A stretch of DNA of 64,000 bases from an uncultured Desulfobacter sp. (GCA_963665095.1 OY762069.1:96001-160000); one strand, 5' to 3'. Positions 39,794 through 50,149 are shown, counted from the first letter of the stretch. Made by a program: numbers and translations. The notes: generated by a model from the sequence alone, not told the origin.

Positions 39794-41494
39794 ATGGAAC
39801 GCTGTTTTAAACCTGGGATAATTGTATTGGCCTGGGTGTTGATTTTTATAGTTGCCGTTCTGGCACCGGGCTGCTCAGACAATTCCGGGCAAAATAATCA
39901 GCAGGGCTCCGGCACCTTAAATGATTCGTCCGGAAACTTTGTTGTCTATGCCGGTTCGGAAATGAGCGGTCTGGAGCCCATGATCAAAAAATGGGCCCGA
40001 AAACAGGGGGTGAACATTGAGATTCATTATCAGGGATCCATAGACATGATGCGCATGATGACAGACGGTACCGCCACTGTGGCTGATGCATTCTGGCCGG
40101 CCCATACCATCTGGTTTATCCTGGGCGACACCGGGCATGTGGTGAAAAATAAACGCAGCATCATGGTCTCCCCCATCGTGGCCGGCTTAAAGAAGCATGT
40201 GGTCAAGCAGCTGGGCTGGGACAAAACAAGCCCCACCATGGAGCAGTTCCTGGCTGCCGCAAAACAAGGCAGGTTTAAATACGGTAAAACCAGCTCGACC
40301 CAGTCCAACTCCGGTGCGCTCTTCCACCTGGCAGCCTGGTGGGCATTTGCCGGGAAACCCGAAACCTGGACCATGGATCTGGTGAAAAATCCTGACATCC
40401 AGGCCCGGGTCAAGGAGATGGAGTCCACAGTGGCGGCCACGTCTGGCAGCTCGGGATGGCTGAAATCAAAAATTGTGGAGAACGCCGGCAAACTGGACGG
40501 CATGATCAACTATGAAGCCATGGTCAGTGAAGCCAATATCGGCTGGACCACAATTGATAAACATACCGGAAAAGAAGTCCGCCACCCGGGCCTGATTAAA
40601 AAAGGGCTTGAGCCGTTGCATGTGGTCTACATCTGTGATGCCACCATGATGGCGGACCACCCTTTAGGCTATGTGGATAAAGGCGATGCTGCAAAGGAAA
40701 AGATATTCAATGACCTGCAGGCCTATCTGCTCTCAGCAGATGCCCAGAAAGAGATGATCACCAAGGGCAGGCGGAACAGACTGCTGGCCATGGACCCCTC
40801 CCTGGCAGATAAAAAGGCGTTTAATCCGGACCACGGGTTTGATGTAAAGAGGGTGATCGCCCCGATTCAGCCGCCCCGGGAAGATGTGCTTACTGCCATT
40901 CTGGACCTTTACCAGGAAGAGGTCAGAAAGCCGTCTGCCACGGTGTGGGTCATTGACGATTCAGGCTCCATGTATAACAACGGCGGCAAAAATGCGGTCC
41001 AGCAGGCCATGTCCATTCTGCTTACCCCGGACAAGGCAAAAGCGTATAAACTCCAGCCCACTGCCAAGGATATTCATGTGGTGCTCCCCTTTAGTGATGC
41101 CCCGGGAAGACCGCTCACCGCAGAAGGCAACGACCCGGCTGTTCTGGGCTCCCTGATGAATAAGGTTGCCCTCATGCACCTTGGATCAGGCACGGATATG
41201 TACGCAGGAGTTGTGGCAGCCCTGGAATATATCAAACAGAACGAGAATTTGATCAAGGACCATTTCCCGGCCATTGCCGTGCTCTCTGACGGGCAGTCCA
41301 AAGGCAGCCTTGACAGTGTCAGGCAGGCGGTTGCACGCCTAAACCTTGAAGATATCCCCATTTTTACACTCAGTTTCGGGGACAAGGCAGACGAACGCCA
41401 GCTCAAGGAGCTTGCAACCACCTTTGGCGGAAGATATTTTTCAGGACAACATAATGTCGCCAATGCATTCAGGAAAATGAAAGGCTATAATTAG
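39794..41494 (+). CDS. Lipoprotein with substrate-binding and vWA domains
   Basis: LAPGC lipobox-like, SNSG, VIDDSGSM MIDAS motif, LSDG. Confidence 0.88.
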   Translation: MERCFKPGIIVLAWVLIFIVAVLAPGCSDNSGQNNQQGSGTLNDSSGNFVVYAGSEMSGLEPMIKKWARKQGVNIEIHYQGSIDMMRMMTDGTATVADAFWPAHTIWFILGDTGHVVKNKRSIMVSPIVAGLKKHVVKQLGWDKTSPTMEQFLAAAKQGRFKYGKTSSTQSNSGALFHLAAWWAFAGKPETWTMDLVKNPDIQARVKEMESTVAATSGSSGWLKSKIVENAGKLDGMINYEAMVSEANIGWTTIDKHTGKEVRHPGLIKKGLEPLHVVYICDATMMADHPLGYVDKGDAAKEKIFNDLQAYLLSADAQKEMITKGRRNRLLAMDPSLADKKAFNPDHGFDVKRVIAPIQPPREDVLTAILDLYQEEVRKPSATVWVIDDSGSMYNNGGKNAVQQAMSILLTPDKAKAYKLQPTAKDIHVVLPFSDAPGRPLTAEGNDPAVLGSLMNKVALMHLGSGTDMYAGVVAALEYIKQNENLIKDHFPAIAVLSDGQSKGSLDSVRQAVARLNLEDIPIFTLSFGDKADERQLKELATTFGGRYFSGQHNVANAFRKMKGYN

Positions 41495-41507
41495 GAGTGA
41501 CAACCTT

Positions 41508-42131
41508 ATGCAGGTAAACTGGAAGGTTAATATGGTGATCAGCGCCCTGGTGACGGTGGGCGCTTATTTTGCAGCAGATACGATTCTTGGTTTCAAATTG
41601 TGGGTGGATGTGGTCATCGCGCTTTTTTTCGGCGGCATTGTCAATCAGCTGATTTTAAGGGATAAAAAAGAGGATTCTGAAATTGAGGTGGTGCCCGGCC
41701 TTTCCCGGCAGGAGTTAAAGCAAACCCTGGTGCTTGGCCGGGACTGGACAAAAAAGCTGGAAAAGCTTGCCAAACAGCTGGAGCGGCCCCGCCCCGGTAT
41801 TTCAGAAGCGGTCCGGGACATTTCCGAAACCGTGGCCACGCTGTTTGCAAACTTTGAAAAAGACCCCAAAGATCTAACCACCAACAATGCCAGACGTCTG
41901 ATCAGTGACCACCTGCCCCGGGCCTATAAATTTTTGTCTGCCTATGCTGATCTTGCCACTGCCGGGCGGCTCACGGAGAATGAGACGGCAAAGTTAGCTG
42001 CCATGGAAAATAGAATCACCACCATTAAAGAGAGCTTCTCCCGGCATCTGGAAGCGTTTAGAAGCAACGATTTCACCCAGCTTCAGGTGGAGGGACAAAG
42101 CATGGAAACAATTTATAACCTGGATATATAA
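41508..42131 (+). CDS. XpaC-like membrane protein
   Basis: Two N-terminal TM segments, FEKDPKDL...ARRLISDHLP; adjacent to TelA. Confidence 0.75.
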   Translation: MQVNWKVNMVISALVTVGAYFAADTILGFKLWVDVVIALFFGGIVNQLILRDKKEDSEIEVVPGLSRQELKQTLVLGRDWTKKLEKLAKQLERPRPGISEAVRDISETVATLFANFEKDPKDLTTNNARRLISDHLPRAYKFLSAYADLATAGRLTENETAKLAAMENRITTIKESFSRHLEAFRSNDFTQLQVEGQSMETIYNLDI

Positions 42132-42266
42132 CAACCGATACATATAACAGCCACGGGCTGACTTGACATATCTTCTGCCAGGCACAGCCCACAACAAAGA
42201 TAAAAAGTTTCTCAACGACTTAACGAGACTTTCTTATAAAACTTCTGATTTTGGAGATCACAGCCA

Positions 42267-43367
42267 ATGAATAAAAAAAGCATGCTCGGCATTGTCATCG
42301 CCCTTGTGGCCATCGGGGCCATTGCCGTATTTCAGTTTCTTGGGGACAGTGACATGCTCAAAGAGGTCAAGCAACCTGACGCCATCACCGTGAAAGGGTA
42401 TGTGGGTGGTGAGAAGATGGGCTTTCTGGCCAATGAAGAGGTCATAAAAATTCTGAATAAAAAATACCGCATCACCATTGACGCCCACAAAAAAGGTAGT
42501 GTCGAAATGGTCAAGGATCCGGTCTACCGCACCCCGGACACCGACTTTTTCTGGCCCTCCAACTTTGTCTGTGTGGAGTGGTTCAACCAGACCGGCGGAT
42601 CATCCAAGGGGGCGGACGTTATTTTTAACTCTCCCATTGTCCTGTACTGCCCGGCCAAGGTGGCGGAAGCCCTGATTAAAATCGGGGTGGTCAGTATCCA
42701 GGAGAATGTCCATTATATTGTTCATTTTCCAAAACTTGTGGACCTGGCCGTCACCGGCACAAAGTGGAAGGATATTGATCTGCCCATGATCCCGGGCAGC
42801 ATCAAGATTTTGTCCACAGACCCGTTTGAAAGCAACTCCGGAAATATTTTCTTTGGCCTTTTGGCCAATGTACTGTATGGGGATGTGGTCAGTGCCGGCA
42901 CCCTTAACACGATTCTGCCTAAAATCAAATCCTATTACGACCGCATGGGATTTCAGCAGAAGTCCTCCGGCGATATTTTTGATCTGTTTATCTCCAACCC
43001 CTATACCTACCCGATACTGGTGGGATATGAAAATCAGCTCATTGAATATGCCATTCAGAACAGCGATGACTACAGTATCGATTTTCTGAAAAAAAATATC
43101 AGAACCCTTTATCCCCAGCCCACGGTGTGGTCCTCCCATCCGCTGATTGCGGTGAACGATAAAGGACTGCGGCTCATGGAGGCGCTCAAGGATCCAAAGA
43201 TTCAAAAGATCGCCTGGGAAAAGCACGGGTTCAGGTCCTCGGTCAAAGGGGTGAGAAACGATCCCACCAAACACAAGGTCGCAGGTCTTCCCGAGGTGAT
43301 CACCTCCATTATCCAGATGCCGTCGGCAAAGACCATGGACATGATTTTAGATACGATTAAGCAATAA
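42267..43367 (+). CDS. Periplasmic-binding-fold protein of TelA-type operons
   Basis: GGEKMGFL, IFNSPIV, STDPFESNSGN, GYENQLIE, LYPQPTVWSSHP. Confidence 0.75.
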   Translation: MNKKSMLGIVIALVAIGAIAVFQFLGDSDMLKEVKQPDAITVKGYVGGEKMGFLANEEVIKILNKKYRITIDAHKKGSVEMVKDPVYRTPDTDFFWPSNFVCVEWFNQTGGSSKGADVIFNSPIVLYCPAKVAEALIKIGVVSIQENVHYIVHFPKLVDLAVTGTKWKDIDLPMIPGSIKILSTDPFESNSGNIFFGLLANVLYGDVVSAGTLNTILPKIKSYYDRMGFQQKSSGDIFDLFISNPYTYPILVGYENQLIEYAIQNSDDYSIDFLKKNIRTLYPQPTVWSSHPLIAVNDKGLRLMEALKDPKIQKIAWEKHGFRSSVKGVRNDPTKHKVAGLPEVITSIIQMPSAKTMDMILDTIKQ

Positions 43368-43392
43368 AAAAATATTTTAAGGAGGACCACCC

Positions 43393-44631
43393 ATGTCAGA
43401 CAATGACTTCAACCTGCTTGACGAGATTAATGCCAGGAAAACCGCAACGGCCACACCCGAGCCGTCAAATGATCAAAAAGCATCCCACATCCCTGACCAG
43501 GCCTTGGCCAACCTGCCGGCCACGGTCTCGTTGTCCATGCTGGAACCCCAGCCCAGCGTTTTAACCTATGACCAGCTGGACGAAGCCCAGCAGGCCACAG
43601 CCCATGGATACGCAGGCAGCGTGGATTTTGTGGACCGCAACAGTATCCGGTTTTACGGGTATAATGAAGAGAAGGCCATGTCCGACTTTCTTGATGAACT
43701 CCTAGACGGCATCAAGGCCAAGGATTCGGATCTGGCAGGACACCTGCTCATCTCCTTGAACCGCAATATTGACGACCTTAAACTGCAAAAATTCCAGGAC
43801 ATCCTTGAAGGCAAAGAGGGCGGGGGATTTTTTGGCATGTTCACCAGCAAGGCCAAGGAACTTGGCAAGATGATCCAGTTTCTGGTGGACCGGCAGAAAG
43901 ATGTCCGTACCCAGTTCGACAAGATGCAGATGCAGGCCGAAGGCGAGCGCAATACCCTGATTGAGGACAACACCAAATACCAGCTGCTGTTGAACCGAAC
44001 CATTGACCAAATTTCCCTGGTCATGCCCATCATTGTGGGTGGGCAGATTGCCTTAAAACGCGGGCTCAACGAGTTTACCGAACTCAAAGAACAGGCCGTA
44101 CAACAACCGGCCAATACCCTGCTGGCCTCCCAGGTCCAGGATTTTGCCAACAGTCTGGAGGCGTTCAACCACCGTCTGGTCAACCTGCAGATCTCCTTTA
44201 CCAAGCGGGCTGCCACCACCATCCCCAAAATCCGTGCTATCCAGGATGCCGTCAACATTGAGATGGACAACCTGGTAGATAAGATCATCTTTGTGATCCC
44301 GGCCTTGAAAGAGGCGGTAATCGACATCGTCACAACCGCCCGTCTGCGTAAACTGCAGCTGGGCCGCAAGGATGAGGAAGCGATGATGAAGCGGGTGGAG
44401 GAACTCCGCAACCGCACCATGAAAGACGCTATCCTGGAAGCCAAACGTTCGGAAGGAGATTACGCCACCAAGATCGCCCTGCTGGTCTCCATGAAAGACA
44501 ACCTGGTGCAGATCTGCGATGAGGGCAAAAAGATCGTGGAAGAGAACCGCCAGAAACGGGTGGAAGTGATTGAAAGTCTTAAGTCCGTCAAACAGGAGAT
44601 GGAAACCGCACTGCGGGAGAGTGCGGGTTAA
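43393..44631 (+). CDS. TelA/KlaA toxic anion resistance family protein
   Basis: Coiled-coil, GGFFGMF, TTIPKIRAIQ; operon context. Confidence 0.8.
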   Translation: MSDNDFNLLDEINARKTATATPEPSNDQKASHIPDQALANLPATVSLSMLEPQPSVLTYDQLDEAQQATAHGYAGSVDFVDRNSIRFYGYNEEKAMSDFLDELLDGIKAKDSDLAGHLLISLNRNIDDLKLQKFQDILEGKEGGGFFGMFTSKAKELGKMIQFLVDRQKDVRTQFDKMQMQAEGERNTLIEDNTKYQLLLNRTIDQISLVMPIIVGGQIALKRGLNEFTELKEQAVQQPANTLLASQVQDFANSLEAFNHRLVNLQISFTKRAATTIPKIRAIQDAVNIEMDNLVDKIIFVIPALKEAVIDIVTTARLRKLQLGRKDEEAMMKRVEELRNRTMKDAILEAKRSEGDYATKIALLVSMKDNLVQICDEGKKIVEENRQKRVEVIESLKSVKQEMETALRESAG

Positions 44632-44710
44632 GTCCAGGTCCTGATCCTGATATTCTTATTTTATCCAAAAAATCACCCGATCCCCGGTCAGGGGATCAAT
44701 TAAAAAAAAA

Positions 44711-44837
44711 AGTGTTTGGGTGAAACGTTGCCCAAAGGCAAGGCAAAGAAAAATCTGAAACCGAGGCGTGCTAAAATACGTAAGGGTTTCAGATTTTTCT
44801 GTAACGCCGCAGATGGGTGCCTTTTAGCCCAAACACT
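44711..44837. repeat. MITE/REP-like palindromic element
   Basis: Terminal inverted repeats AGTGTTTGGG/CCCAAACACT; inner inverted repeat AGAAAAATCTGAAACC/GGTTTCAGATTTTTCT. Confidence 0.7.
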
Positions 44838-44868
44838 GAATATTAGGCTACGACTGAATATTCCGCAT

Positions 44869-45240
44869 CTATAATATCATCATCCTGGGACGCTTTACTG
44901 CCTGCGGTTCCACCGGGCCTGAAGCCCCGCCTGGGCCCTGCTTCCGGGCATATGCCGCCTGGCTCATGGTGCTTACAGCCTGGTTCAGGTGATCCGCCGC
45001 CGTGTTGAACCGGTTCACATTCTCTGACTTGACGGCCTCTTTCAATTCGTTGACCAGACCTTCCAGGCGGCTGCGGGTATCCGCATCCACAGCGATCTGT
45101 GATCCTGACATTACTTTCTCAGTCTGGTATATCAACTGGTCGGCCTGGTTCCTGGCAGTGATCAGCACCTTTTTGCACTTGTCCTCTTCGGCATGAAGTT
45201 CGGCATCTTTTACCAGGGCATCGATATCCTCTTCACCTGC
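44869..45240 (-). pseudogene. dnaK: DnaK C-terminal fragment
   Basis: EEDIDALVKDAELHAEEDK...ARNQADQLIYQTEK. Confidence 0.8.
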
Positions 45241-45306
45241 TTTGGGAGACACTTGATAGACATCCCTATCACTCTGCTATTCCTCAAAAATTCTAATTCT
45301 TCGAGA

Positions 45307-45390
45307 TTTTAACATTGAGTTAAGCGGCTGCCGAACAGCCAAAAAAATGCCTCCGACGGTTGATGCCCGTCTTCAACTCATTTGTTAAAT
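45307..45390 (-). other. attC site (84 bp)
   Basis: ATTTAAC-AAATGA-GTTGAAGA...GCTTAAC-TCAAT-GTTAAAA. Confidence 0.8.
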
Positions 45391-45410
45391 TAGCCCATCA
45401 CCGTTTAAGC

Positions 45411-45428
45411 TTGGCACCTGGTTTGCAT
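45411..45428 (+). promoter_or_regulatory. Sigma-54 -24/-12 promoter consensus
   Basis: TTGGCAC-CTGGT-TTGCAT. Confidence 0.7.
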
Positions 45429-45473
45429 TATAGAAAAAGTAGATTCTACCTCCTCGTCCGCCCGAAGGGCTTA

Positions 45474-45523
45474 ATTTAACGCAAACATCTGCGGCTTGTC
45501 CGTCAGCATGTTTGTTGTTAAAT
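45474..45523 (-). other. attC-like site (50 bp)
   Basis: ATTTAAC-AACAAA-CATGCTGA-CGGACAAGCC-GCAGATG-TTTGC-GTTAAAT. Confidence 0.75.
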
Positions 45524-45556
45524 TTTTTCACGATGGTTTGGATTTTTTGAATCTGA

Positions 45557-46006
45557 TTATATTTCTTTTGAAATAGCTTGAAATAGTTTAAGTTTTAGTA
45601 CTTCTGAATCCATCTCTTCGTTAAGAAATGCCGTTAAAATCTCATGTAATAAGTCTTTACCAATTTTTCCATCGGCCACATGATAACTGATGTTTTCCAT
45701 TTCCCGCAAAAATTTCTCAGCACAATAAAGATAACCGTTTAGCAACAAAAATTGGGTACACAATACGATCGCAATTCGTTTGTTTCCATCAAGAAAACAG
45801 TGAAATTTACAAGTGCTAAAAAACAAATGGGTTAATTTATCAACAAATGTTGGATAATAGAGATCATTTTGAATATTCCCTAAAACGCCCTCAAGTTTGC
45901 CAAGCTCAAGATGGCCGACAGCTCCACCTCCACTTTTTTCAACAGTTTTTTCATGAATCGTAATAGCCTGTTCAATCGTAATATATTGGATAGACATGCA
46001 GTTCAC
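45557..46006 (-). CDS. Fic/Doc family protein
   Basis: HCFLDGNKRIA. Confidence 0.9.
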   Translation of the reverse strand: MNCMSIQYITIEQAITIHEKTVEKSGGGAVGHLELGKLEGVLGNIQNDLYYPTFVDKLTHLFFSTCKFHCFLDGNKRIAIVLCTQFLLLNGYLYCAEKFLREMENISYHVADGKIGKDLLHEILTAFLNEEMDSEVLKLKLFQAISKEI

Positions 46007-47049
46007 CTATCCTTAAGTCGTTTCAAAACATCTTTGGATTCTTCCAATCTTTCTTCTAATTCCTTACTCTTTTCTCCTAAAAATCGCTCAAACTCTTCTG
46101 CCTGGATTGGAGTGATATATTTCTCTAATTGCAGGTGCAATGCATCCCTGAAAGCAAGGTCTCTGCTTGCCATTTGATGGCGAGCTCTTTCAAGAAGAGG
46201 TTTCCATAGGGGAAGTGATTCAAATTTTTTAAATATTTTATCTACTTCAAATGAGGTAAGTTTTCTGCCGATTTTATTATACTCAGATTTTAATTCCTGG
46301 CTAAAACCATATTCATAAGAAGCTACAAGGTCAAGAATCTCAGAATAAAATGTATCCCGGAGTTTTTCTTTTGCATTCAATTTTAAGATTTTTCGATATT
46401 CTTTTGCTTTTTCTTTAAAAATGCTGACATAAATTTTATCCGTATAAAGTGGATACTTAAAATTACCCATGTTGACGTAATCTTTAAGGGCATCTGTAAA
46501 TCCTTTCCGGTAATTTTCTTCATGAAAATATGCCAGAATAAATTTTTCATCCCTTTGGTTGATATATTTTGTACCGCCACCCGTTTTTTGATTTATCGTA
46601 TCGATAACGATATCCAAAATTGTGCTACGCAACAATTGTGCTCTTTGGCTTTCAACCATTATCATGGCCAGATTTAAGAAGGCCCTGAACCCAAAAGCCC
46701 CTAATTGCGGGCTTTTGGCGATGTTCCCGAAATCTGTTTCGGGAACATCCAGTGCAGAAATAGATTCTTTCAATATTTTCAATCTATTACCCTTGATAAC
46801 CTCGTAACCACTTTGGCTCAATTCCGTTTCATGGCTTTTTAAATAATTTTCAATGGTTCGTGTCGTCACCTCGAAAAATGAAGCCACTTGTTCTTTGAGA
46901 ACAACCGTTTTTCCCTCAAAAGGAATTCCTTTGATATGAACAGCCTTTTCAATTTCCTTAATGGCATAGGGGTTGTTCAAAATATTCTGACGATCAACCG
47001 TTGAAACAGTTAGGTCTTTACTTTCAGAAGGTGATTTTTGTTCATTCAT
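46003..47049 (-). CDS. Putative DNA-binding partner of the Fic/Doc gene
   Basis: HTH-like QVASFFEVTTRTIENY; ATGA overlap with the Fic gene. Confidence 0.7.
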   Translation of the reverse strand: MNEQKSPSESKDLTVSTVDRQNILNNPYAIKEIEKAVHIKGIPFEGKTVVLKEQVASFFEVTTRTIENYLKSHETELSQSGYEVIKGNRLKILKESISALDVPETDFGNIAKSPQLGAFGFRAFLNLAMIMVESQRAQLLRSTILDIVIDTINQKTGGGTKYINQRDEKFILAYFHEENYRKGFTDALKDYVNMGNFKYPLYTDKIYVSIFKEKAKEYRKILKLNAKEKLRDTFYSEILDLVASYEYGFSQELKSEYNKIGRKLTSFEVDKIFKKFESLPLWKPLLERARHQMASRDLAFRDALHLQLEKYITPIQAEEFERFLGEKSKELEERLEESKDVLKRLKDR

Positions 47050-47170
47050 TTTAAACTCTCTTTAAAAATTTGACTGCCTCTAATTTTTAAACTGTAACAT
47101 TTTATCAGGTAATTGCCCACCGGTGACCGACTGAACGGTTCGCTGAAAGGTTTCGAAGCGCCAGCGATGG

Positions 47171-47650
47171 TTAAAAGTCATTCCCAAGGGATGCCCAGTT
47201 TTCTGAAAAATATGTCTCAATTCCTTTCCCAGGGTTATATCGGGGATAAATTTGTTCGAATTCAGACCTTGCATTTGCATAGGATTGGTCACTTATAGTT
47301 GATAAACCCTTTGCCATAAAAAGCAATGCCAGTAAAGGTGCTCTTGATTCTCCTTGGTTGCAATGAATAAGCAATTTCCTGCCAGCATCCCAGTGTTTGC
47401 CAGAAAAAACCATAAAGCTCGTAAAGAGTGGGGGCATGAATAGCGGAACTGGAGGATCTATCATGTTGAGATAAAGGTCAAATTCTTTTTCAAAGACTAA
47501 ATAATTGGGATGTGTTTTGGGCAAACTCCCTCTATAACCTACGATTCGTTGATGGCATGGACTTTTACACGCGTGAACGACCACTAATTCATCTGTCCCA
47601 TTGGTGCAAGATACCAACTGGACCGCAGTCTTTGCAGTTTTGCGCAGCAA
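47171..47650 (-). CDS. Protein tyrosine/dual-specificity phosphatase-like protein (start uncertain)
   Basis: LIHCNQGESRAP matches the CX5R motif. Confidence 0.7.
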   Translation of the reverse strand: MLRKTAKTAVQLVSCTNGTDELVVVHACKSPCHQRIVGYRGSLPKTHPNYLVFEKEFDLYLNMIDPPVPLFMPPLFTSFMVFSGKHWDAGRKLLIHCNQGESRAPLLALLFMAKGLSTISDQSYANARSEFEQIYPRYNPGKGIETYFSENWASLGNDF

Positions 47651-47907
47651 ATTTAGAAGTTGTACAAACGGATTTCAGCGAACGACAGGCAGGTGGTCTG
47701 GAACGGGTTGAACCGCAGATTTGCATTCAACTTTATTGAAGATTAACCATATTTTTACATGCGATTGCCCTGGGGTAAACAAAAAAACGCTTTTGACAAA
47801 AAAAATGGACGTTTTTGATATCCGGGTCTGATCCTCAGGGCCTATAGTCATTGTAACATTTATTATTAGTCAGATATGACAAGACACTTGAGTGAAACTA
47901 TAATGCC

Positions 47908-48924
47908 ATGAAAAAAATACCTGAAATCCGCCATTCATGGGCACGGCTCTATTCGCTTCTGAGAATGGACCCGGCCGGGGATGTCCTGGTAACGGCTGTT
48001 AAACAAAAAATATTTGACCATCTTAGGGAACCTGAGCCTGCGGACCGGATTGCCCGGCTGTTGAACTCCCATCCCGGCAATACCAGTGTTTTTCTCAATG
48101 CACTGGCCGGTGTGGGGGTCATTCACAAAAAAAACGGGCAGTTTTCCAACACGCCTGAAAGTGATGCCTTTCTGGTCAGTACAAGCCCGTCGTACCTGGG
48201 GCCGTTTTTCTGCCGGGTCCGGAATTTTTTCACACGGTGCCGGTCCCCGGAACATATAGAATCGTTGCTCATGAACGGCCCGGCAAATAGCATGGCCACC
48301 AGGGATGATTCCGAGTGGGTGGCCTATACCCGGCAGGCCTCGGCCCACCAGTTTTGCGGCCCTGCACAGAGAACGGCAGAATTTCTGGCTTCCCTGCCTG
48401 AATTTCCGGGCATGAAGAAAATGCTTGATCTCGGGGGCGGGGCGGGGTTTTACACCATGTTAACGGTCATGGCCCATAAAACCATGACAGGTGTTGTTTT
48501 TGATCTTCCCCCGGTTGTTGCGGTCGCCCGTGAATTCATCAGGGAGTACGGGTTTTCAGACCGGGTATCCACCATGGGAGGCGATTACACAAAAGACCCC
48601 TTGGGCGATTCCTATGACCTGGTTTATGCCGGGGGCACGTTCAACTTTGCAAAGGCCCATATTGATACGGTCTTTCAAAAAATATATGCAGCCCTTAACC
48701 CTGGGGGTGTTTTTATATCCCAGCATGGCTCAGTTTCCAAAGACCGGAATGAGCCAGGCGATCAGACCCTGGATTTTTTGTTTGATGAACTTAGCGGGAT
48801 GGATATCTTTTTCCCCAAAGGCATGATTGCCAAAGCAATGACCCGGGCAGGTTTCAAGGCCGTCACCAGCACAGTCCAAAAAAGTGAGTTTGGTGGCGCG
48901 GAAATTGACATTGCAAGAAAATAG
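47908..48924 (+). CDS. O-methyltransferase
   Basis: MLDLGGGAG, VFDLP, ALNPGG. Confidence 0.9.
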   Translation: MKKIPEIRHSWARLYSLLRMDPAGDVLVTAVKQKIFDHLREPEPADRIARLLNSHPGNTSVFLNALAGVGVIHKKNGQFSNTPESDAFLVSTSPSYLGPFFCRVRNFFTRCRSPEHIESLLMNGPANSMATRDDSEWVAYTRQASAHQFCGPAQRTAEFLASLPEFPGMKKMLDLGGGAGFYTMLTVMAHKTMTGVVFDLPPVVAVAREFIREYGFSDRVSTMGGDYTKDPLGDSYDLVYAGGTFNFAKAHIDTVFQKIYAALNPGGVFISQHGSVSKDRNEPGDQTLDFLFDELSGMDIFFPKGMIAKAMTRAGFKAVTSTVQKSEFGGAEIDIARK

Positions 48925-48933
48925 GACCAGAGA

Positions 48934-50149
48934 AATGATGATGACTAAACTCTCCTGCCACAAACCACCCCTTGTTTTCCTGTTTGCACTGATTTTTATT
49001 CTTTTGGTTTCAAAAAGTGCCCTATGTTCCGACACCGATTTTACCACAATTAAAGACCATAGGGATAAATCCGTCAGGATTCCCAAAACCATAAACCGGG
49101 TGGCAACCATCAGTGACGGTATGATCGCCCAGGTGATGACCTGTTTCGGTATGGCCGGAAAAATTGTTGCCGCAGGTTCTGAATGCATCCCGCGGACATG
49201 GGCGCCCACCTATCCGGGAACCGGGGGAAAAACAGTTTCATACCATGGAGGCATGAATACGGTGACCTATCTGAATCCGCGGCTAATGGAGATTCCACTT
49301 ATTGCAAAATACGGCTCTGCCATCAACTATGAAAAACTGGCAACTCTTAAACCCGATCTTCTCATTGCGCGCATGGGGTCATGTACCCTTTCTTCAGGCC
49401 GGGATGTGGTTAGAAAAAGCCTTGATCTTGTGGCGTCCTTAGGAATACCGGTGGTGATGCTGTCCGGTCAGCAAGCCGCAAAGGTCCCCGACGTTTCAGG
49501 CATGTACCGTGAAATCAGCCTTTTGGGAAAGGTGTTCGGCAAAGAAGTGCAGGCCGGTCAATTAATTGATTTCCTGGAACAGACCCTTGGATTTATCAAG
49601 AACCGCACAGACCGTATCCCGAATGCTGATAAAAAAAGAGTCCTGTTGCTGGGGCTTTCCCCCAGAGCCAGAAGTGACGGTGCCGCAGGACATACAAAAG
49701 GTACCGGCACCCTTCAGGGCATTTTTTTAAGCCAGTTTGTCAATGCCGCCAATGCCTATGAAGGCCCGGGGGCGTGGGCTGTTTTAAATGCGGAACAGAT
49801 CCTTTCCATGGATCCTGATGTCATCATACTTATTACAGACTGGGGGTACCATCCCCCACAGGAACTTTACGATGCTTCTTATTACAAGAGTCTTAGACAT
49901 CTTAAGGCCGTGAAAAACCGTTGTGTGGCCTCACTTCCCTTCACCCCCTGCAATTGCGAAAAAAGACTTGAATTTCCTATCGACATCATGGTTATGGCCA
50001 AAACAGCCTATCCCCGGCTGTTTGAGGATATAGACCTTGGCGACTGGATTCTTAAATTTTATCAGGACCTTTACGGCGTTGACGCCCAAACTGCAAAGGA
50101 ACTTATGTGCTGCCAGTTTTTGGACTGGACCTTATCCAGTAAAAATTAA
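48934..50149 (+). CDS. Fe/B12-type ABC substrate-binding protein
   Basis: IKDHRDKSVRIPKTINRV, NYEKLATLKPDL, EQILSMDPDVI. Confidence 0.88.

Noticed and set aside
42600..44444. Long antisense ORFs (224 and 263 aa) and similar shadow ORFs elsewhere
   Set aside because: They overlap well-supported genes on the opposite strand and carry no recognisable motifs.
47662..47712. Possible attC upstream of the phosphatase gene
   Set aside because: L boxes and spacers do not pair convincingly.
47750..47772. Possible isolated IS terminal repeat (CAGGGCAATCGCATGTAAAAAT, minus strand)
   Set aside because: No partner end or transposase in the window; cannot be supported.
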